Positions 56,914 to 64,000 of a stretch of DNA of 64,000 bases are shown one piece after another. Location of the stretch: assembly GCA_964016885.1 (NCBI GenBank), contig OZ024743.1, forward strand, positions 64,542,001 to 64,606,000, given 5' to 3'. The position numbers and the translations under genes are program-made. The stretch comes from Eledone cirrhosa. Taxonomy: Eukaryota. The notes beneath the pieces were generated by a model that was not told the origin of the DNA, searched no databases, and saw only the letters and a list, made by a program, of their open reading frames with translations. Positions within the stretch are counted from its first letter, which is position 1. Each line of letters begins with the position of its first letter.

Positions 56914-57471
56914 GGCTGTCCAAGTAAATGGTAGTATTTATATCTTTCCTATCTGGTGGTGGGAGGGGTGGGGGATAGGTATGGGTGGAGGTCATTGGTT
57001 GAACGATTTAAAAAAAGGGAGTTCATTAAAAGCTAATTCTTAAAAGCTATAGTATTAACAAAGGCAGAAAGAATACTGTAAACAAATTCAAAATTGGATT
57101 ACCAATCCTTGTTTATCACTTAGACTAACAATGTCTGTAAGACAGGTGTCTACAGGATGGGTGGGGTTCAATGGTTTAAAGAAAAGGGACATTCTTTAGA
57201 AGCTAATTCTTTGAGGTTGAAGTAAGAGTGACAAAGACACCTGTCTTACAGACATTGTTAGTCTAAGTGATAAACAAGGATTGGTAATCCAATTTTGAAT
57301 TTGTTTACAGTATTCTTTCTGCCTTTGTTAATACTATAGCTTTTAAGAATTAGCTTTTAATGAACTCCCTTTTCTTTAAATCCTTTAAATGACCGCCACC
57401 CATCCCAATCCCCAACCTCTCCTACCACCGGATTAGGAAAGATATAAATACTATCATTTACTTGGACAGCC

Positions 57472-57522
57472 AGCTTCCTGATGATTTCTCACGAATGAAA
57501 CAGTTCTAGTCCTGTAGAAGCT
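57472..57522 (+). ncRNA. Type I hammerhead (50660 family)
   Basis: AGCTTC-CTGATGA-TTTCTCACGAAT-GAAA-CAG..CTG-TA^-GAAGCT; 6-bp stem I. Confidence 0.85.
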
Positions 57523-57603
57523 CTTCTATATTAAAACTTTTATACTCTGCTATGTATTGAGTACCTTACTTACTGTGGTTACCTCCGATTCAACCCGGAA
57601 TAA

Positions 57604-57638
<35 letters not shown>

Positions 57639-57687
57639 TATATATACAGTATATATATACAGTATATATATACAGTATATATATACA

Positions 57688-57769
<82 letters not shown>

Positions 57770-58224
57770 TATATATACAGTATATATATACTGTATATAT
57801 ATATATGGTGGCTGCCAACTCGTTTTCGAGTACGGCCACTACTTTATATCCATGTAGGAGAACCCCTATCCATGCGCTGAACGAGTGTGACTTTTGAGTC
57901 CAGCCAGCGACTTGAAAACTCTGGTACAAACACTACACTTGTGACAATTATTGTCACATAGTGCTGGGCCCATGGTTCCATGTGACGACAAGTGCAGAGA
58001 TATCTCCAGATATAAAGCAATGCCTGTGCCGTGAAGCTTTTATAGTGAGCAAGGGCACTGTACAAAGCCAGTCCCACTCTCTTAACCAAGATGATATTTA
58101 CCAAAAAGAAGAACAAGTCAACATCATTGGATACCATCAGAGTTGCAGGTGTTATATCAGAGTTTTCCTTCTCCTAGAATTCTGCCTTGACAAAGGCTAA
58201 TGGGTCATATATATATATATACAG

Positions 58225-58268
<44 letters not shown>

Positions 58269-58293
58269 TATAGATATATATATATATTATATA

Positions 58294-58339
<46 letters not shown>

Positions 58340-58504
58340 GTATATGTGTGTGTGTGTATCTGCGCGCGTTCGTGAATGGGTATTTCTGTCTATATATAAC
58401 ATTTATATATATGTGAATATATATATATATGTGTGTGTGTGTATACATATATGTATATAAATATGTGTGCGTATGTGTGAATATATATATAAATATATAC
58501 TTTA

Positions 58505-58606
<102 letters not shown>

Positions 58607-58612
58607 TATGTT

Positions 58613-58645
<33 letters not shown>

Positions 58646-58671
58646 GTATATATATACATATATATATATAT

Positions 58672-58761
<90 letters not shown>

Positions 58762-58949
58762 GTTTGTTATATGTATATGATGTTATGATGCGTGGTATAA
58801 ACAATAGGTAATGTAAAGCCTGTGATATGCTGTGTTTATATCCAGAAAATGTTGATATGAATATAAATACTATACGATCCTCCCTATATATAAACACATG
58901 ATGGTAAGTTTACAAAACAGTCGGTGCACATATATATATATTATATATA

Positions 58950-59008
<59 letters not shown>

Positions 59009-59061
59009 CATATGCATATATATATATTTATATACATATATATATATATATAAATATATAA

Positions 59062-59093
<32 letters not shown>

Positions 59094-59094
59094 C

Positions 59095-59131
<37 letters not shown>

Positions 59132-59284
59132 TATGCATATATATATATTTATATACATATATATATATATTAATATATCATATATATATATGAATATATA
59201 ATATATATATATATGTATATATGTATATATATATATATATCATATATATATGGATATATATATATTTATATATATATATATATA

Positions 59285-59326
<42 letters not shown>

Positions 59327-59657
59327 TATACATCATATATATCTATATCTATATATATGTATATATGTATTTATATATTATATGTATATGTCTATATATA
59401 TATGGATGTATATATGTATATATATGTATATATATATTACTATTATTACTATATTTACTATTATTACTATCATTACTATATTTACTATTATTACTATATT
59501 TACTATTATTACTATCATTACTATATTTACTATTATTACTATATTTACTATTATTACTATATTTACTATTATTACTATCATTACTATAAGATACTTTGTC
59601 CGACAGCTTAGCCTACGCCGATGCAACAGCAAATGAGAAATATATATATACATACAG

Positions 59658-59739
<82 letters not shown>

Positions 59740-59853
59740 TTAGATCGACATATACGTTAGTAGTGTATGCGTATATTCATTTTATTATAGAAATTCCATC
59801 TTGTACGTAGAAAATATTTCTATAGCAAAAACTATATATATATGTATACACAC

Positions 59854-59889
<36 letters not shown>

Positions 59890-60245
59890 ATACTCTTTTA
59901 TATTAAAGTATGTTAAATAATAGTATAACAAGTTTGGTGTATAAACACTTAGAGACTGGAAAATGTGAACAGTGTCGCCAGCGGGAATCGAACTCGCATT
60001 GCATCTGCTCGATGAAAGATATGACTTACAAATGACTAGTAGGTAGTCAGTCTCGTTCAGGTGTAAAGGTAATGACCGTATAAAGTAGAAACGAGATTTA
60101 TTTCCACATCTGACCCTGTCCCTGTCCACTTTCTTTGGTTTCTAGAAGTTTATATACCCAACTCGTTTATAGATGCATTTATATGTATACATGTATAAAT
60201 ATATATGTATATATATATATATCTGTGTGTGTGTGTGTGTGTGTA

Positions 60246-60418
<173 letters not shown>

Positions 60419-60521
60419 CCGATGCATCACTGATTCTTCGTTTTCCAAAATTATTATACTCTGATCCGAAGGAGCATAGAGTGCCTATGGTCGCATCCAA
60501 ACAACCTTACTACAAATATAT

Positions 60522-60572
<51 letters not shown>

Positions 60573-60960
60573 AGGGTAGTGCCCCAGTATGGGCTCAGCC
60601 AGATGGCTGGAACAGGTAAAAGAGTAAAAGAGAATCTATATATATATATGATTATATACATATATGTGAGTATATGTGTGAGTGTGTGTAAATATTACAT
60701 ATACCTGTTTATATTTATATACATACATAATTGTACATACATATATGTATTATATACAATGCTTCAAGTAAACTACAAATTCCTTCGTTATATATATATA
60801 TTATTAATTTATATTTATATATATATATATATATAGATCCCGGATTAAATCCGGGATAACCACAGTAAGTAGGGAACTCAATACATATCAGAGTAAAAGT
60901 AATTTAATATAGAAATGGCTTCTAAAGGACTAGAACTGTTTCATTCGGAGGAAATCATCA

Positions 60961-60992
<32 letters not shown>

Positions 60993-61131
60993 ATATATAT
61001 CCCTTGTAGATCTAAACAATTTAATTTAATTTTATATTATAAAATTAAATTAAATTGTTTAAAACTACAAGTGAAGTCATTCTTTTCCTTTTTTTAAATA
61101 CACCTAACTGTACCAAGGATTTCAGACATTT

Positions 61132-61171
<40 letters not shown>

Positions 61172-61369
61172 GTGGGGTTTTTGGTACAAAATGAAAAATA
61201 ACCGAGGTGTCCTACACGAGTGAAAGTATAAAGAAAAAAAGATGAAATCGAAAATGCAACTGGAGTCTTATTTTTTTTTAAATATATATATTTATTTGGT
61301 TCCTTTTCTGGTTTCGCAGTTCTTCTGCTTTTCAAAAGTAGAGTTGAGATGGAGGGTCTGTGGTTTTTC

Positions 61370-61407
61370 TCTTTTGAAAAGCAGAAGAACTGCGAAACCG
61401 GTAAAGG
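61370..61407 (+). ncRNA. Minimal hammerhead, U3-A8 core variant
   Basis: TCTT-TTGAAAA-GCAG AAGAA CTGC-GAAA-CCGG-TA^-AAGG; palindromic stem III ACCGGT. Confidence 0.6.
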
Positions 61408-61475
61408 AACCAAATAAATATACATATTTTTTTTTAAATAAGACTCCAGTTGCATTTTCGATTTCATCTTTTTTT

Positions 61476-61570
<95 letters not shown>

Positions 61571-61685
61571 CATATATATATAGATATATATATATAGATA
61601 TATATATATATATACATACATACATATATAGATATAGATATATACATACATACATATGTATATAAATATACATACATACATATGT

Positions 61686-61730
<45 letters not shown>

Positions 61731-62015
61731 TGATGTACATGGAAGATTGACAAATCAACACTCCAGTGATATACTGTATTAAATATAATCCAAAGTTTTT
61801 AAATATATTCCACTAGGACGTCTTTAACAATACATTCTTTCCTTCGGGAAATATTGTACAGTTTTTGTTTGTAGCAAAAGGTTTATAACAGACCATAGAT
61901 TTTATTGTATTATACTTTACATATTGAATTTCAACGAATATTTTAACATGTAAATGGAAAAGTATTTTACGGCTATATAATTTATGTCGCCGCTATAGAT
62001 ATAATATATGGATTA

Positions 62016-62110
<95 letters not shown>

Positions 62111-62159
62111 GCACACACACACACACACACACACGCACACACACAAATGTATATATATA

Positions 62160-62362
62160 CCGACATCCAGAGTTGACATTGCACTCAGTGCTCCTGTTGG
62201 AGCCCCTACATGGACACGCTGGAAGACCAAGGTTAACGTATGTTGATGCCCTAAGGACAGACAATGGTCTGTTGGAGACGCAGGACATGGTAGCGATAAT
62301 GAGGGACAGAGACCGCTGGAGAGAACTCGTCCATGGATCTCGGGAATTTTACCCGCCCTAGA
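62160..62362 (+). mobile_element. 3' end of the same RTE family as 32662
   Basis: HPELTLHSVLLLEP..FYPP*. Confidence 0.9.
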
Positions 62363-62667
62363 AAAAATATATACAAGGGCCTTGTTTCTGGGGGGGTACC
62401 AGGGGACAAGACCCACCCCCTTCCCCACGTACACACACACATTTTTTCAAACGCCTATGTTTTATTTTTTGTTTATTTGATAAAATAAATTATTTTTAAG
62501 CTTATTTCTTTTATATCTGAACTTCATTTGAATATATAAAATTTAATTAGCCTAAAATTTTACTTATGTGATAGGGTCCCGGAAAGGCACCATAAGCAAT
62601 TTATGCTCCTTTAAGAATCAACAAATGTTGGTTTGTCCCCTTCACATTTGAAAGGCAAACGAGACCA

Positions 62668-62807
<140 letters not shown>

Positions 62808-62875
62808 GTTGAACAAATATCACACACACAGCTTATTGAATTTGTTCATATACATACATATATATATATATATAT

Positions 62876-62944
<69 letters not shown>

Positions 62945-63675
62945 CATACTTACATACATACAGAGATTTGAAAGGGACTTTCGTCTATTACAATAACATT
63001 TTCCGTTGATTGAACAACTGAAACACTATTTCAGTTGTTCAATCAACGGAAAATATATTTCTGAATTAACATGTAAATGGTTGAGCATTCCACAGACACG
63101 AGTACCCTTAATGTAATTATCAGGCAGGTCCAGCATGACACAGTGTGAGACACGGTTGGATATTTCAATTATATGTACAGTCCATCCGACCTAGACACGG
63201 AAACAACCTGGACAGAGTAACGGCATGAATAAAACTCGCATCATCCGTATACTGCTCTTACCATTACCTCCGAGCGACACTGACCACTTACCCGTCAATT
63301 TTAAGCCCTATCTTTCATTCATTAGATGTAATGCAGTCGTCCGACATACGGCAGATGCAAATTCGATTCCCGCCATCGACCCTGTCCACTTTTTCTCGTC
63401 TCTAAGAGTTTTTATGTGCAACTTGTTTGACTGTTTGAAACAATTTACAGCGAGATAACATACTTTAAAATATAAATTATATATATACTTACATGTATAT
63501 ACATATATATATTTATATATACATATATATATATACATACATATATATACATATATATATAGACATATATATACTTATACATATATATTCATATATATTT
63601 ATATATATATATATATTGCTTTTCCGTTTACTTTTTACACACACATAATATATATATATAGTAGTAGTAGTAGTA

Positions 63676-63735
<60 letters not shown>

Positions 63736-63754
63736 ATGAACTGAACTAACTTAC

Positions 63755-64000
63755 CGTCTCTTTTCGCTTCTTATCGTCTCTGTTTTCCAGTTTCTTCGTA
63801 AGTTCAGCTTTAAATCCAGCGGTGTCCACGAAGGACGGGTCATCCTTTGATAAGACGTCCATAAGATAGGCTATATAACTTGTGGCTAGACGTAGTGTTT
63901 TTATTTTCGATAACTTTGTGTCCGACGGAACATTTGGTATACAACCACGAAGTTGAGCAAAAGCCATGTTTATGCTCTGAGTCCGTCGTCTCTCTTTTTT
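63755..64000 (-). CDS. Hand: Hand-class bHLH transcription factor, coding exon (5' part beyond window)
   Basis: Reads [50 protein letters not shown]...FKAELTKK...KKRKET, the Hand1/2 bHLH signature. It is followed by a phase-0 GTAAGT donor at 63754-63749, about where vertebrate Hand2 has its intron. Confidence 0.95.

Larger units (their letters stand above)
56848..57538. repeat. Inverted repeat with ~300 bp arms
   Basis: 56848-57151 versus 57234-57538. Confidence 0.85.

Noticed and set aside
62999-63054. Short perfect hairpin as a pre-miRNA
   Set aside because: It is a fold-back of the adjacent SINE 3' end.

Overview
Eukaryotic, very microsatellite-rich DNA. The SINE families present (OK-type and OR/CORE-type) point to an octopus or other coleoid cephalopod. 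The only host gene recognised is a Hand-class bHLH exon at the right edge (minus strand, GTAAGT donor at 63749-63754); the rest of the window is its downstream intron or flank. Transposable elements include a near-full-length L1/Tx1 LINE (38.2-44.0 kb), an RTE-clade LINE with a twin-priming-type 5' inversion (32.7-35.1 kb), RTE and CR1 3' ends, a Penelope GIY-YIG relic, MITEs and many SINEs. The most striking hidden signal is a set of short (150-700 bp) modules embedded in (TA)n tracts, from about ten sequence families, carrying minimal type-I hammerhead ribozymes (HHR). These show palindromic stem III, U.U at the base of stem II and U3-A8 compensatory cores, and are arranged as permuted direct repeats or fold-back inverted repeats, as expected of Penelope-derived or retrozyme-like elements. 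All calls were made by eye; coordinates are approximate except where motifs are quoted.
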